Origin: an uncultured Candidatus Peribacteria bacterium
Lineage (GTDB): Bacteria; Patescibacteriota; Gracilibacteria; BD1-5; UBA2023
DNA: 64,000 nucleotides
Reading direction: 5' to 3'
NCBI GenBank assembly: GCA_964618565.1
Contig: CAZUBA010000002.1
Location: 20,029-84,028 of the forward strand
This document shows, piece by piece, positions 12,027 through 23,989 of the stretch. A program made the translations under genes and the position numbers. Below the pieces are notes generated by a model. It searched no databases. It saw only the letters and a program-made list of their open reading frames with translations, and was not told the origin of the DNA. Position 1 is the stretch's first letter. Each line of letters starts with the position of its first letter.

Positions 12027-13757
12027 TTATTTTGCGTAACGTCTCCTTACAAAGAAGAATCACACTACAAGAGATATTCATAGGAGAAACATGATTTGAG
12101 CAGGTCCTGTCTGGACTTTTGTAGCATTTGAATAATCTTGTGATTCAGCCTTTGTTTCTCAATCTCCACAAACTGCTTTGATTGCAAAATCTTCATACTT
12201 CACTTTATCGCCGGAAATATTAAGTGTGTATTTAGTTACAGGAACATTTTCAATAAGGGTAAAAGTTCCATCTTCTGATTTTTTATAAACATTATAGCTT
12301 GTCGCTTCTGGAAGAGAATCCCAAGATAGATCAACAACTTCTCAATTCTTTGTAGCTTTTAATCCGCTTACATTTGAAATCATACATTTACCTCCTGCTG
12401 AGCTAAGTGAGAAATCGACTTCAACAGTATCGGATTGGATTCAGCTTATTTGAGCTCCATCCTTATTTAGAGGCTGTAATTGGAAGTAGTACTTCCCCAC
12501 TGCTGGATCAAGTCCAGAAATATACCAGTTGTAACCGCCTGAGGCAGATTTTATTTTATCTTTCTCAAATGTCACTGATTCTTTATTTTGCGTATCTCAA
12601 GCAGTCTTAAGGGTATCTGGAGATGTACCGTATATGAATTTGAATTTCGCATATTCGGCCTTATCTTGAGTCAGCTCAAAAGTAAATGAGACTTTTTTGT
12701 CTGATACTATTGATTTGATGTTTTTAAAAATGTTTGATTCTATTGCCTTAAGGCTTGCCACTCATTTCTTATCTGTAGTCTTGCCTAAAGAGTTCTTAAG
12801 GCTTACATCGACTTGATAATCTCAAGCTTGAGATGGTATTGTCAAAGTTCATGAATAAGTGCCTGGAGATGAAGTGACTTCTGTAAGCACACTTGAAGAA
12901 TCACCTATTGAAGCATTGAATTCTGTCAATCCAGGATCTGCAGTGGCAGTGACAGTAACAACAGAACCTGCTGGAACTTCAGTTCACTCAGTAATTTTCA
13001 AATCCTTAAATAATGGTCAGTTTGATTCTAATGTCACATTGATCTTCTCTGATTCAGCAATTTGCTTATCATTACCATCTAGAACCTTTACTTGAATAAT
13101 ATTTGTAGATTGATTGATATTTTTCATTTCTACTACAAATGTACCCTTATCATCAGATTGTGTTTCTAGATCTTTTTGTACTGCTCAATTAAGATAAAAA
13201 GTCACCTTTGAATTTTTCTTTGTTGAACCGCTTATTGTAACTTTGCCTTCCGCTATCGTCATTCCATTGTCCGGGCTAGTGATCGTGATATCTCATCATG
13301 TGCTTGCTCAAGTGTCTCAAGAACCTGCTCAGACATTAACATCAACACTTCATTCTAATTGATCATTGTCTATATCCAGAACAATGACTTTCATGTTTCA
13401 TTCTTTGGTGAATGAAAGTCATTTTGAAAATGTTTTTTGTCCAAGGTCGGCAGCGGTAAATTGATAACCGTCTGAATATGGAATTGTTGCTTTTGTATCA
13501 TTATCTACAGTTATATAGATAGTTCAAGCATAATCTTTTTTGACATTGCCCTCTTTATCGACAGCCTTGACGGTCACGTCCATTGCTTCTCAGATTTTAG
13601 CTGAAGCAGGTTTTGTTGTGACTTCAAAATGATCGACTTTTGAAGTTGATGCGGCTTTTGCCGGAGCTCCCGAAGCGCCTTCAGTCGCAGCAAATGCTCA
13701 CGAAAAAGAGCTTGCAACAATCGCAATAGCACTTAAGAAAGAAACCAATTTTTTCAT
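12027..13757 (-). CDS. secreted Ig-like/FN3-like repeat surface protein with C-terminal membrane anchor
   Basis: 576 aa. Signal peptide MKKLVSFLSAIAIVASSFSGAFA. Beta-rich repeats. The tail is KVQTGPAQIMFLLGISLVVGFFFVRRRYAK. Confidence 0.75.
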
Positions 13758-13865
13758 AAATGGTGATTTTTAGGAATATATTCGTCAGTAACGGGCATTA
13801 TATTAATAAAAAAGCTTATTTAAGCAAAGTAAATAAGCTTTACAAAAAACACTTTTATTTTTTAA

Positions 13866-14942
13866 TTAAGTGTATATTGCATTCATATTGGCTTTATCTT
13901 GCAAAAATTGAGGCATATTTTGGGCTGTTATAAAAGTCTGGAACCTATTGCAATAATTCATTACTAAATTAATGTGCTGGTCATCAAGCTCCGAAAAGAT
14001 ATCATCTAAAAGTATCACTATATTTTCTGAATGGAATTTCTTATAGAACTCGATCTCAAGGAATTTTAATCCAATAAGTATGCTTTTATTCTCCCCTCTT
14101 GATAGGCATTCTTCAGAACTTACGTCACTTTTTGCAGTCTTGACCATAAATTGGAAATCATCAAGATGAGGTCAAATATATGTATAACCTGTAATTATGT
14201 CCCTATCGGTATTTTTTTCGATATAAGAGGAAATTGAATTCTCAAGATTATTGAAATCGACTTTAGTCTTATAATTGAAATCAAGCTTATATCTGTTTTC
14301 TAAAAAATCTTCTACCACTGACATATTCGCTTCAATGAAATCAAGAAATTGCTTCCTGTGCGAATAATATTGGCTGGCAATCCTCACGAAAGCTGAATTC
14401 CAGAACTTCAGATCCTCTTTTGTTGCTTTTCATTCTTGGATTCACTTGAGAAGCTTATTCCTATTCCTTAAGACCTTAGAATAATCAGATCTGATTTTTG
14501 AAAATGATATAGAAGACAAAGTGCAAACCTCATCCAAAAAATCCCTTCTGAGCGTAGGTCAAAGATATATTATATTCATTTCAAGCGGTGCGAAGAAGAC
14601 TGCGATATGTTTTGTGTTTTCCAAATATTTAGGCCTAGTGCTTTTGGTTCAGTTAAGCAGGAATGAAGATTTTTGGGTTTTTGAGTCATATGTGACTTTT
14701 GGGGTTTTTGAAAGGTAATCTTCTCAGATTTCTCATTTCACAAGAAAACTTTCACCAAAAAAATTTACCAATCTTTCTATATTCTGAGATTGGTAAACTC
14801 TGGTATTGAGAAGCAGATATATCGCCTCCAGGATATTCGTCTTACCTGAGCCGTTTGCTCAGATAATCAGATTCATATCGGAAAAGTCGAATCTGGAATC
14901 CTTATGGATCTTGAAATCATGAAGCTCTAAACTTCGAAGCAT
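13866..14942 (-). CDS. recF: DNA replication/repair protein RecF
   Basis: 358 aa. Motifs LELHDFKIH, GANGSGKTNILEAIY (first Gly is TGA), LSRGE, ILLDDIFSELD. Frame checked by triplets. Confidence 0.88.
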
Positions 14943-15238
14943 TAGTTCATAATGTTATTTATAGCAATCTGATGATTGATTATGGGTTTCGGAGAACAAG
15001 CGAGAAGTTCCTCACGTGTTGAGAGGAAACCTGTCTTGACCTCATCTTCTCTAAGAGAAAGCATTTTTGATCCGTCAATCTGTACGGATGCCAATTCCTT
15101 ATCATCAACTTTTGATAGCATATCTATATAATTCACGATCGAATTCAAGTCTTTTTGGTATTTTTCAATGTCTTCAGGAGAAAGCAGGAGGCGTGATAAA
15201 TTTGCAATATGTTTAACTTGTTCTTGCGTTAATGACAT
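14942..15238 (-). CDS. gatC: Asp/Glu-tRNA amidotransferase subunit C
   Basis: MSLTQEQVKHIANLSRLLLSPEDIEKY... Its TAA overlaps the recF ATG by 1 nt (TAATG). Confidence 0.85.
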   Translation of the reverse strand: MSLTQEQVKHIANLSRLLLSPEDIEKYQKDLNSIVNYIDMLSKVDDKELASVQIDGSKMLSLREDEVKTGFLSTREELLACSPKPIINHQIAINNIMN

Positions 15239-15282
15239 TTTTATATAAAATCAGTTATAAATTTAGTGCATTATAGTAAAAT

Positions 15283-15642
15283 ATGGTAAAAATCAATGCG
15301 AATTTATTATCTAAGATCAAAGATAAATTTTCGTCGGATGAAAATGCATACATAAGGATAAAGCTTGATATATCAAAGGCTTTTTTTGCAATTTCAGCGT
15401 CTTTGTATTTTTTCTTTTACTTAAGCACGATTGCATGATTTCAAGTCGATTTGTTCTGAAAGCTATTAGTATGAATTTTCCCTATATTCCTTTTTTCAAT
15501 AGTAGCGCTTGCATATGATTTGGTCATCTATCTACTAAACACATATTCAGACAAGGCCAACAAAATGAAGATTCCTCTGATAGTTATCCTATGACTGATC
15601 TATTGTACGATTTTAGCAATATATCTAGGTTTAAAAATTTAA
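15283..15642 (+). CDS. small multi-pass membrane protein
   Basis: 119 aa and hydrophobic. Three TGA-Gly codons. Frame checked. Confidence 0.55.
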
Positions 15643-15656
15643 TCCATATTTTTATT

Positions 15657-16196
15657 ATGAAAAAACTTCTTTTATTGACTCCCCTGCTTATTCTGCTTGT
15701 CTCATGCGGAGGCGCGACCAATGATACTGCAACCAAAGAATTCTCATGAACTTGATTTACGATGAGCATACCAAGCGCATGGGTTGATGTCGAGCAAAAA
15801 GCTTTGCCTGTAACCAAGAACGGCAAGATAGAGCTCGCACTTACTTCTTCAGAGATAAGTGCCTGATTTGCAAATAATCTTGTAATCCTATCAGAGGATC
15901 TTTCAGAGAATACAACTTCTGTAAAATATTCCATCACAAATTATGTAAGGACAACTTGAAGCGTACAAGAATTCACAAAATTGAATGAAGAGGATTTTAA
16001 ATTCTCCGATGATGACGAATGAAAACTATATACTTTCGAGGCTAAATATTCGACTCAAACACCAAAACGCAAGTTCTTGCAAACTGCAAAAGTCTGCTGA
16101 AATAAAGCCTATCTGATCACAATCTGAATTAACACAGACAATGCCAATGTCGCAAAATATTCAAACCTGTTAAAATCTTTCACCTGTAAGAAATAA
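15657..16196 (+). CDS. lipoprotein (hypothetical)
   Basis: MKKLLLLTPLLILLVSCGG lipobox. 179 aa. Frame checked. A terminator follows. Confidence 0.65.
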
Positions 16197-16209
16197 TTAT
16201 CATCAATAA

Positions 16210-16240
16210 AAACTCGGGAAAAAATTTCCCGAGTTTTTTA
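16210..16240 (+). terminator. rho-independent terminator
   Basis: Stem ctcgggaaa/tttcccgag followed by TTTTTT. Confidence 0.7.
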
Positions 16241-16316
16241 TTCCTATAGACAAAAATTCAAAATCATATTGATTTTTAAAAGAATTGCCTATAATAATGC
16301 CACCAAGACAACCAAT

Positions 16317-16390
16317 GGCGCCATGGCAGATCGGTTATGTAGGAGCCTGCAAAGCTTCGTAGAGCGGTTCGACTCCGCTTGGTGCCTCCA
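16317..16390 (+). tRNA. tRNA-Cys (GCA), CCA encoded
   Basis: Hand-folded cloverleaf. Acceptor GGCGCCA/TGGTGCC; anticodon stem GGAGC/GCTTC with loop CTGCAAA; T-arm AGCGG-TTCGACT-CCGCT. D-stem has one mismatch, as in E. coli tRNA-Cys. Confidence 0.85.
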
Positions 16391-16436
16391 ATTGATTCAA
16401 AAGAAGTCCACAAGAAATTGTGGGCTTTTTTGAAGC
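16379..16436 (+). repeat. direct repeat copy 1 (tRNA-Cys 3' end plus its terminator)
   Basis: About 52 of 58 nt are identical to 20666..20724 by hand alignment. Confidence 0.7.
16404..16431 (+). terminator. terminator after tRNA-Cys
   Basis: Stem gtccaca/tgtgggc with loop agaaat, followed by TTTTTT. Confidence 0.65.
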
Positions 16437-16453
16437 AAAACTAATGTAAGAAA

Positions 16454-16558
16454 GCGGAGTCGGATAGAGAGGTTTGCGGAGCAAGTTTTGTCTTTCGTCC
16501 TCGCCCCGGATCTGGCAGCACGATAGCCAAGGAAGACCGACTCCTTTTGGTACCTCCA
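16454..16558 (+). other. GC-rich structured element ending in a tRNA-3'-end-like minihelix (pseudo-tRNA remnant or unknown ncRNA)
   Basis: ggagtcgg (16456-63) pairs with ccgactcc (16537-44). The 3' part cgactccttttggtacctcca resembles the tRNA-Cys T-arm, acceptor and CCA. GC is far above the surroundings. Confidence 0.3.
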
Positions 16559-16720
16559 TTGGGCTCTTCGCTGGAAATTAATATATTTGCAAAGGATAAG
16601 GCTTTATTTTAAGCTTTTTTTGTTACTTGATTTTCAAAATAGTTAATTCAATTAAACGCAAAAAAAATAAATTTGAGATGCAAAAATAATTTTATTTATA
16701 TAATATCAATATTTTAAATA

Positions 16721-17056
16721 ATGCTCATGAAAAAATTATTTTACATAAAACTTGTACATACCATCATTTGGCTATTTTATGTTTGTATAATCTTTTATAT
16801 CCTCTTTGCAGCAATTCTTGATAAGATAGATATTTATCTGTATATAGCAATAATCTTGGTTATATTCGAATGAATCATTCTAATCATCTTCAAAGGCAAA
16901 TGTCCACTTACGATAATAGCTTATAGATATTCAAAAAATCATGAGGCAGGCTTTGATATCTTTTTGCCGAAATGGCTTGCAGAAAGTAATAAATCAATTT
17001 TTACTTTAATTTTTATATTAGGAATCATCATTGTGCTATATCGGAACTTCGGCTAA
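16721..17056 (+). CDS. small membrane protein (CPLT motif; possibly DUF2784-like)
   Basis: 111 aa with 3-4 hydrophobic helices and FKGKCPLTIIAY. Frame checked. Confidence 0.55.
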
Positions 17057-17916
17057 TTCTCTTTCATTTTCATGAACAATAAAGAGGTCAAAATCAAAGA
17101 AATAGTAAAAATGACGGATATTATGAAAATCACAGGTACAACGTTTGCTCATGAATTGGCCATGAAGATTATCTTTGATACAAGTGCTAGCATCAAAATA
17201 GAAAGGAAAACTATATAGGCTGATACAAAAACAAATCAATATCTGTTTTTATTCAAGGCCATTATAGATGAGACGAATCCGATTGGCAAAAATAATCATA
17301 AATCAAAACCTTGGACTATCAAAGTTGTATAATGCTGCAACGATTCAGGATATATAGTTCAGTCAAATAATGGAGGCAAAATCACATTCAACCATAAAAT
17401 AGCTATCATGATGCAATTGATGATCAGGAATGCACTAATGTATTTTACTATTATTTTACATTCATATATATTTTCGATATCCTTATTGCTTATTTCAGGA
17501 AAAATAGTGAATAAGGCAAAAAAAGAAAAACAAAGCAATGATACATACACTAGAAAAATAGAATTATACATTGCCATTGCTGTATAAAAAAGGTAGGTCA
17601 GAAAGAAATAAAATAAAGTTCATAATAACAATATTTTTCATTTCAGATTATTTCTTCTGTACAGGTAAAGAGAAATAAGTAAAAGAGGGGCTCATACAAA
17701 TAGAGTGACATAATCCTGAGCTATTCATTGTATCGCAACATCCGTTGACATATGCTTATAGATGCCTTTTCCATATATTTCGATATTTTCTCATAAGATC
17801 GTTTTGAATATGAAAGGGTCAGTTCCGTCATTGGAAAATATTCAAGTCAGTGCAGCTATCGTTGACAAGATAAATATCAACAAAACCAGTACAGAAACAT
17901 ATGTGCTTTTTTTCAT
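17053..17916 (-). CDS. multi-pass membrane protein (hypothetical)
   Basis: 287 aa. Frame checked by triplets. TAG overlaps the convergent upstream stop by 4 nt. Confidence 0.6.
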
Positions 17917-17919
17917 AAA

Positions 17920-18618
17920 TTATTGATTAGCTTTAAATAAATATCAGATGAGAATTCAATTCAAAATCAAAACAGCCCAATTTATTGATATTGCGGCAAT
18001 TTCAAAAATATATTCCCTATTTATTCATAAAAAAAATGATATTAAGATAAATGAAGATATAGTCAATGAAAATCAAGCAAAAAATATCCTCTTAACCCAT
18101 TTTCTTATTCAAAAATTTTCAAGTGCCATTCAGAAAAACAAAAAAGATATGCTCATTATGAGATATCCCAATTCTTCAAGTACAATGAAAATGCCATGCG
18201 GATTATATTGTGTAAATATTGATATGGAATCTGACTCTCATCTTAAAAGGCTTGGCTGAATCACTGAAATTTGAATAAAAAAATCAATCAATAATACAGT
18301 GGAGGACATTATTGCAAAAGCAAATCATATATTGCTGAAAACTCTCTTTTCTTTTGAAATAAGATTGTTGATTAATGAAGAAAATATCACAAATAAGATC
18401 ATAAGTAAAATTGCAAAATACATCCAAATATAATCCCTAGGAAAACGTGATATGATCTGCGTATAAGGATAGCTTATGCACGATTCTGCACAGAAAGGTC
18501 ATGATATCGGCAATGTAAAAATTGCAATTCCGAATGCTATGATGGTAATCATAGACATTAGAATACAAATCCAGAATCAGAAATTTTTCTGCTGTTTATC
18601 TAATCTAGAAATATGCAT
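17920..18618 (-). CDS. multi-pass membrane protein (hypothetical)
   Basis: 232 aa. Frame checked. TAA lies 3 nt before the next ATG. Confidence 0.6.
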
Positions 18619-18940
18619 ATATCTGTCTTAATGATAGATATATGATAATCATATTTTTCATATATACAAAATTTATGATATATTTTAAAAACATCAGACA
18701 ATCAGCACCCTTAAATAAACTGAAATTGCCAAAAAATCCTGACCTTGAATTAATTCAAAAGCATTCAACGAGAAATGTGACTTTTAAAATATTAACTAAA
18801 AATAAAATTTTTTATATTCCCTAATCCTATTTGACATATTAATTAGAGTATATATACTCATTTAAAACCTATTAAATAAAAATAAAATTTAAGCTTTGTC
18901 TATGATTTAGGCAATTTTTATTTTTATAATCAAGAAGAAA

Positions 18941-20638
18941 ATGAACGGTATACTTGATCAGATATCGGAAATATGCGTGAAAAGACCCTGATTCCTAACC
19001 CCAGATCTCCTAACTAAAATTGTATGACTCTGAAAAAAGGAAGTTCTCAATATACTTGAACTTATAAAAAACTGAAAAGATCTTGAAACAGTTATCAAAG
19101 CGATAGATAAAAGCAAAAGCAGGGTTTGTGAAATTATAAATAATACTTGAAAATCTTCATGAAAAACTTTAGCGTCCAAAAATAAAAAGAACTCAGAAAA
19201 CAGGACTGCAGTAAAATGAAAAAAGAAATCCTTAGAAAAAAATCCGAAAAAAGCTATTAAAAGTAAAATAGAATGGATCGATACCGTACCGGAAGATGAG
19301 CTTCTTTTATTCTTCAAGAAAGACATAACCGCTTTGCTCGAAATGAAAGATGAGGCAGATCTGATAAAAGATGATGATATCGATTTATGAAAAATCATTC
19401 TGGGATTCAAAGAAATACATCTGAAATATGAGAAAAAATTCACTCTCATGATGCTCAATAGCTTCATGTATTATCTTAGGAAAAGGATCCAACTCAAAGC
19501 AAAGAAAAATGAAGAGCATATAGAAGAGCTTTTGGCATTCTTAGACGGGCACATTTGATCGCTTATATCAATCTCCGACTGAAAAGCTTGCTGAGACTTC
19601 TTATTTTGATTTAAAGCATTCAGATCAAAAAATCTGAGAAAAGAGAGTTTCAATAGAATTACTGAAAAGATGATCTCACTCGATAGAGAATTTTCTTGTG
19701 CAGACATCGCTAAAAGCATCTATTGATTGAAGATGATGAACGATAATCAAGTGAATAAGGATTTCTTCGTCAGTATGGCAACAAGGCTAAAGGAGGTGAA
19801 ATGAGATTTCAGCATGCAGCTTATTATAATGATATTTTTATGAATAAGGAATATGTCTCATTGCAGTGTCCCTATTTCCCTTCTTGAAACACTCTGAGAT
19901 TGAATAGCATCCATGAAAGAAAGATTGACATCAAGAGACCTGGATACGATCCTCTGATGATTGCGATATTTCACTTTTGTGCCCCCAAGACTTCAGCGTG
20001 CGATAATAGATAAATGTAAATTATGAATAGAATGATTGGATTCCGAAAAAATAAGCAGGATACGGGATATTATCTTGAGGCTTAAATGCTGACACAGATT
20101 CTGCAGGGCAGTCTACAGATTAGCCTGCGACTCAAAAGAAGCTTTTCACATGACAGAGGATGATTTCATGAGATGAGACGAGGAAGATATGACTCCATTA
20201 ATAATAGAAAAACAGGAAGAAGAGGAGGTGACATTTACCATTGATGAGATTAAGGAAACATTGACTCAAATCAATTGAAATGCATCGCTTAGCGAGCTCT
20301 CATACCTGATTCATGCCTTACGACACCACTCAGAGCATCCTGAAAGAGTAGAGATATTCGATACAATTGCTGAAAAAATCAGGCTGACCAAAGATAAATT
20401 CTTTTCATATGACTTTCAAAGAATCATATATGCCCTGACGGAAATGTGAGAAATATCTTTCAATTTTTCTGATTCTTTAATTGAAAAATGGAGGAAATGA
20501 GGTGTGAAGTGGGAAAAGGATCTGAACAAAAAGGAAATGAAACAAGTTATAAACTCTCTTGAAATCGGAGAGTACGAGAGATGAGAGCTGCTTTTCCTGC
20601 TTCAGGGATATCCCAGAGTATTTAGTATCTTAAAATAG
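18941..20638 (+). CDS. hypothetical helical protein (565 aa)
   Basis: A codon-by-codon read gives an open frame with about 40 TGA-Gly codons and a TAG stop. The large minus-strand ORFs in the track here are antisense shadows. Confidence 0.6.
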
Positions 20639-20665
20639 CCAGAATCCTGCAAGATCTGGCTCTGA

Positions 20666-20724
20666 TTGGTGCCTCTAAATTGATTCAAAAGAAGTCCGCG
20701 AGAAATCATGGGCTTTTTTGTAGC
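20666..20724 (+). repeat. direct repeat copy 2 (tRNA-Cys 3' end plus terminator-like hairpin), preceded by an anticodon-arm-like hairpin
   Basis: ttggtgcctctaaattgattcaaaagaagtccgcgagaaatcatgggcttttttgtagc. Upstream, gccaga-atcctgcaaga-tctggc (20639-61) mimics the Cys anticodon arm. Confidence 0.65.
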
Positions 20725-20736
20725 TTTAAGTCATGG

Positions 20737-22632
20737 TTAATTCTGATCTGAAATTTGTGTTTTATATGCAGATATTCAGTTTAATATTCGTTCTAATTCT
20801 CTTAATTCAAAGCTTTTGTTTAATTTTTTCATTTTTATCTCCATTTCCCTAATCCTTCCTTCACTATTCTTAAATACATTAAAAAGATCAGGAGAATCCA
20901 AAAATTTTCAAAAACAATAACTTAGGCTTGCAAGAGGCTTATAAGAAAATTCAGAATTAACTTCATTTGTGAGGTTTTCGTCTATAATTATCTTATAAGC
21001 AAAATCAATTAATTTTTCAATTGCCGTAGGCGTATTAATTCATCATAGATAACTCAAGGATTGCTCAAGCATATAACTATCAGACCAATTTATATCGTGA
21101 TCATATTTAATTCCATTTAATGCCTGGCCTTGAAAATACTTATATCTAACATTTGCGGATAATGCCATAAGATATTCTTGTTGTTCAATGGGCACTCAAA
21201 TATCTTTCATTATTCTAAACAAATAACTATGGTCTCCTTGTTTTACTTTTGCATCTTCAGAATAAGGTGTTTTAACGCATTTTTGTGCAAAAATATAATA
21301 TTCATTGAGAGTCATTTGATCTATATCTGTGTCAAAAAGAGAATTAAGCGTATTAGCCTCGTTCCTATCCCAATGCATTAGTGGGCGCTCATTTTCAGGG
21401 ATCAATTCAGCTATAGAATTTAATTCATTTCTTTCAGCAATTGTAACCTCAAATTTCATAGTTTTTGCAATAACTTCTCTAACTTTCTGAAAATCTCATT
21501 TTAATAGTTCATTTTTAACTTCCTCAATGAATTTTTCAATATCAGTTCTTAAAATGTCATATTCATTTTTTCTGGTCTGATTTGGTTCAATGAGGTATAC
21601 TGATCTACACCAAGGAGCATGAAGAATTTTAATGCCGAGTCATTCTTTTGCATTTTGTAATTTCCTTAGTACTGTCTCACTTCCGGCATTATTCTTTCAT
21701 GGTTTTGCTCAAAAAATTTCTGAATTTATATTATCATCAATGAGTTCTGCTAATTGTGACTTATAATCAATGTCTGAAAAATAATTTTGTACAAATATAT
21801 TTCCTGAAATTACCTCAAACTTAGGGTTTTTTATATCATGTTTGATAACGGTAGTATTAATTCTTACAATATCACTGACTTCAGGGACTTTACCATCTAT
21901 ATTTTCAAGTTCTGAACTTTGTTCAATTTTTACGTTAGGATCAATTTGAACACAAATATGTTTACCGTCTCAAGTTTTTATTGTTATAATTGCTGTTTTT
22001 TCGCTAGCTTTTGTTTGATTACTGGCAATAAATCACCAATCTTCAACCACCCTAAAATCAACCACTTCTCATTCAATAATTACTTTATCGCCAAAATTCA
22101 TATTATCTATATTTTCTGGATTGATCGGCAAATTAAATTCAAGTTTTATGACTTTTGCAGTATACTTAAACATATTAGAGATTACATATTCAGCAGATCA
22201 GGTAACCTCTACGATACCCTCAAATTGCATTCATTTATGTTTTTGACAAAATTGATATTCTTCTGGTGAAATATCAATAATGAAAGTATCTGAGACCCTT
22301 GTATCAAAGCCCTGAACCAATAATCAGATTCTTTCCCTATCTATAGTATTTTCTTTTGTGTATGCATCTACAACAATAAAAGATGCGCCGACTTTTTCTC
22401 CAACTTCAAAATAATTTTCCTTTCCCTCTTTTTGCCTATCAAATTTTTTTGAAAAATCAGTAACATCATATTGTTGAAGCATTGAATTTAATGAAATTTC
22501 ACCTGATCAAAGTTCTTCTGGATCATTGTTTGAAAGTATTGCTAATAAACTTTTTTTAGCCTTGCCTTGTAAATCAGGATTGTTTGATGCTGAACTAGAA
22601 GGTATAAATTTATCATCAACTATATTTGCCAT
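20737..22632 (-). CDS. hypothetical protein (631 aa)
   Basis: Frame checked by triplets from TAA 20739-20737 to ATG 22632. No family recognised. Confidence 0.6.
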
Positions 22633-22785
22633 ATAAATGTACTAAAATAATAATCATAATCATATTATATCATACAATTATCTTATTGCAAAAAAGTCAA
22701 AATATCTCTTCAGAGAATCAATATAAAACGGGTAAAAGCTTCATTTTTCATCCCGATTCGATTAATGTTATGTAGATTTTATGGT

Positions 22786-23415
22786 TTAAATTAGATTTTC
22801 ATTAATAATATCATACTCATCTTTCCATTCAAATCATCATTTTAAATATTCTTCTTTAAGTTTTAATTTTAGAATCCTATAATAGGAAATAAGAGCAGGA
22901 AAATCAGAAACACTTTTATCACAATAATGAACAGTGAAATCTAAATGCCATTCATCAAAATATTTATATCATGTTTCTATTACTCAGGTATGAGTTTCAA
23001 GTTTATCTAAGGCTTTTATATATTTGGATTCCTGTGTTTCATGTTTTTCGTATTCATTCCATAAATCGAATATTTCCTTTCAAATTTCATTTGGCAACAT
23101 ATCTTTTAACTTATTCATAGCCATTACTTCATTTTGAGTCTTAATATCTTGTCATCAATTTTTATGTAGCAAGGCTGCATCCAAATCTCAGGTAATTGAT
23201 TCTGCAATATCATGAATAACAGCTATTTTTAAAGCTTTTTCTAAATCAATATCTAATTGTAACTCTTTCTCTAGTAAAATAGCCATTATAACAAGTCTCC
23301 ATGTATGTTCTGCTGTTGATTCCTCTCTTCAATCGTTGGTCTTACACCACCTGTAAGTATTTTTAAGATTTCAAACAACTTGAATGAAATTAAATATTTT
23401 TTTTAGATTGTTCAT
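22786..23415 (-). CDS. HD-domain phosphohydrolase, YfbR-like 5'-deoxynucleotidase family
   Basis: Motifs STAEHTWRL and VIHDIAESITGD. 209 aa. Frame checked. Confidence 0.8.
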
Positions 23416-23438
23416 ATTTTTGCAGTTAAAAAAATCTT

Positions 23439-23978
23439 TTAATTAATATATTTTAACAACTCTGGAAACTCTTTGTATGGCTGGTTAAATGATATAGATC
23501 ACATATGTCAGTCATGTTTAATAATAAATGTTCAATCAAGATTATCGGCTATTTTCTTTCCTTTCTTATCATCACAGCCCCAAGGGTCATTATCTGAATT
23601 GATTATAATAAATTCACTGCAACTTTCTTTAATCTTAGCCCAGTTATACTCATTTTGTAAAATTGGGTTTGGTTCATTGTTTAAAGGCTCAATAAAACCT
23701 GCAATTAAGATTGATTTCTTAATCATTACATCAATATTTTCCAAAACACTCAAGATTGTAGGAACTCAGGCAGAATGTCAGACTAAAACAGTTTCAGAGT
23801 TGAAATGTCAGTTTTTTAAAATAAATGGTAACCATTCAGAAAGTTCAGGCAATTCAGCATTTGGTATATCTGGTAACCAAACATTATATCAAATTTTTTC
23901 TAATTCGTATTTTAACCATGGATGCCAGAATGATTCTGAGTTTGACCCAGTTCAATGTATTATTATGCAGTTTTTCAT
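23439..23978 (-). CDS. alpha/beta serine hydrolase, YdeN/RBBP9-like
   Basis: CIIIHGTGSNSES..., GHSAG nucleophile elbow, SDNDPWG, HMG. 179 aa. Confidence 0.7.
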
Positions 23979-23989
23979 GTTTTAATATA

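Noticed and set aside
16454-16558. Assignment as SRP (4.5S) RNA, 5S rRNA, tmRNA or a second functional tRNA.
   Set aside because: It has no GNRA-capped helix-8 motif and no 5S or tmRNA signatures. There is no 5' acceptor strand to pair with the tRNA-like 3' end.
18958-19719. Two sizeable standard-code ORFs on the minus strand (169 aa and 82 aa).
   Set aside because: They are Ser/Phe/Leu-rich low-complexity translations. They lie antisense to a continuous 565-codon plus-strand frame that reads sensibly with TGA=Gly, so they are shadow ORFs.
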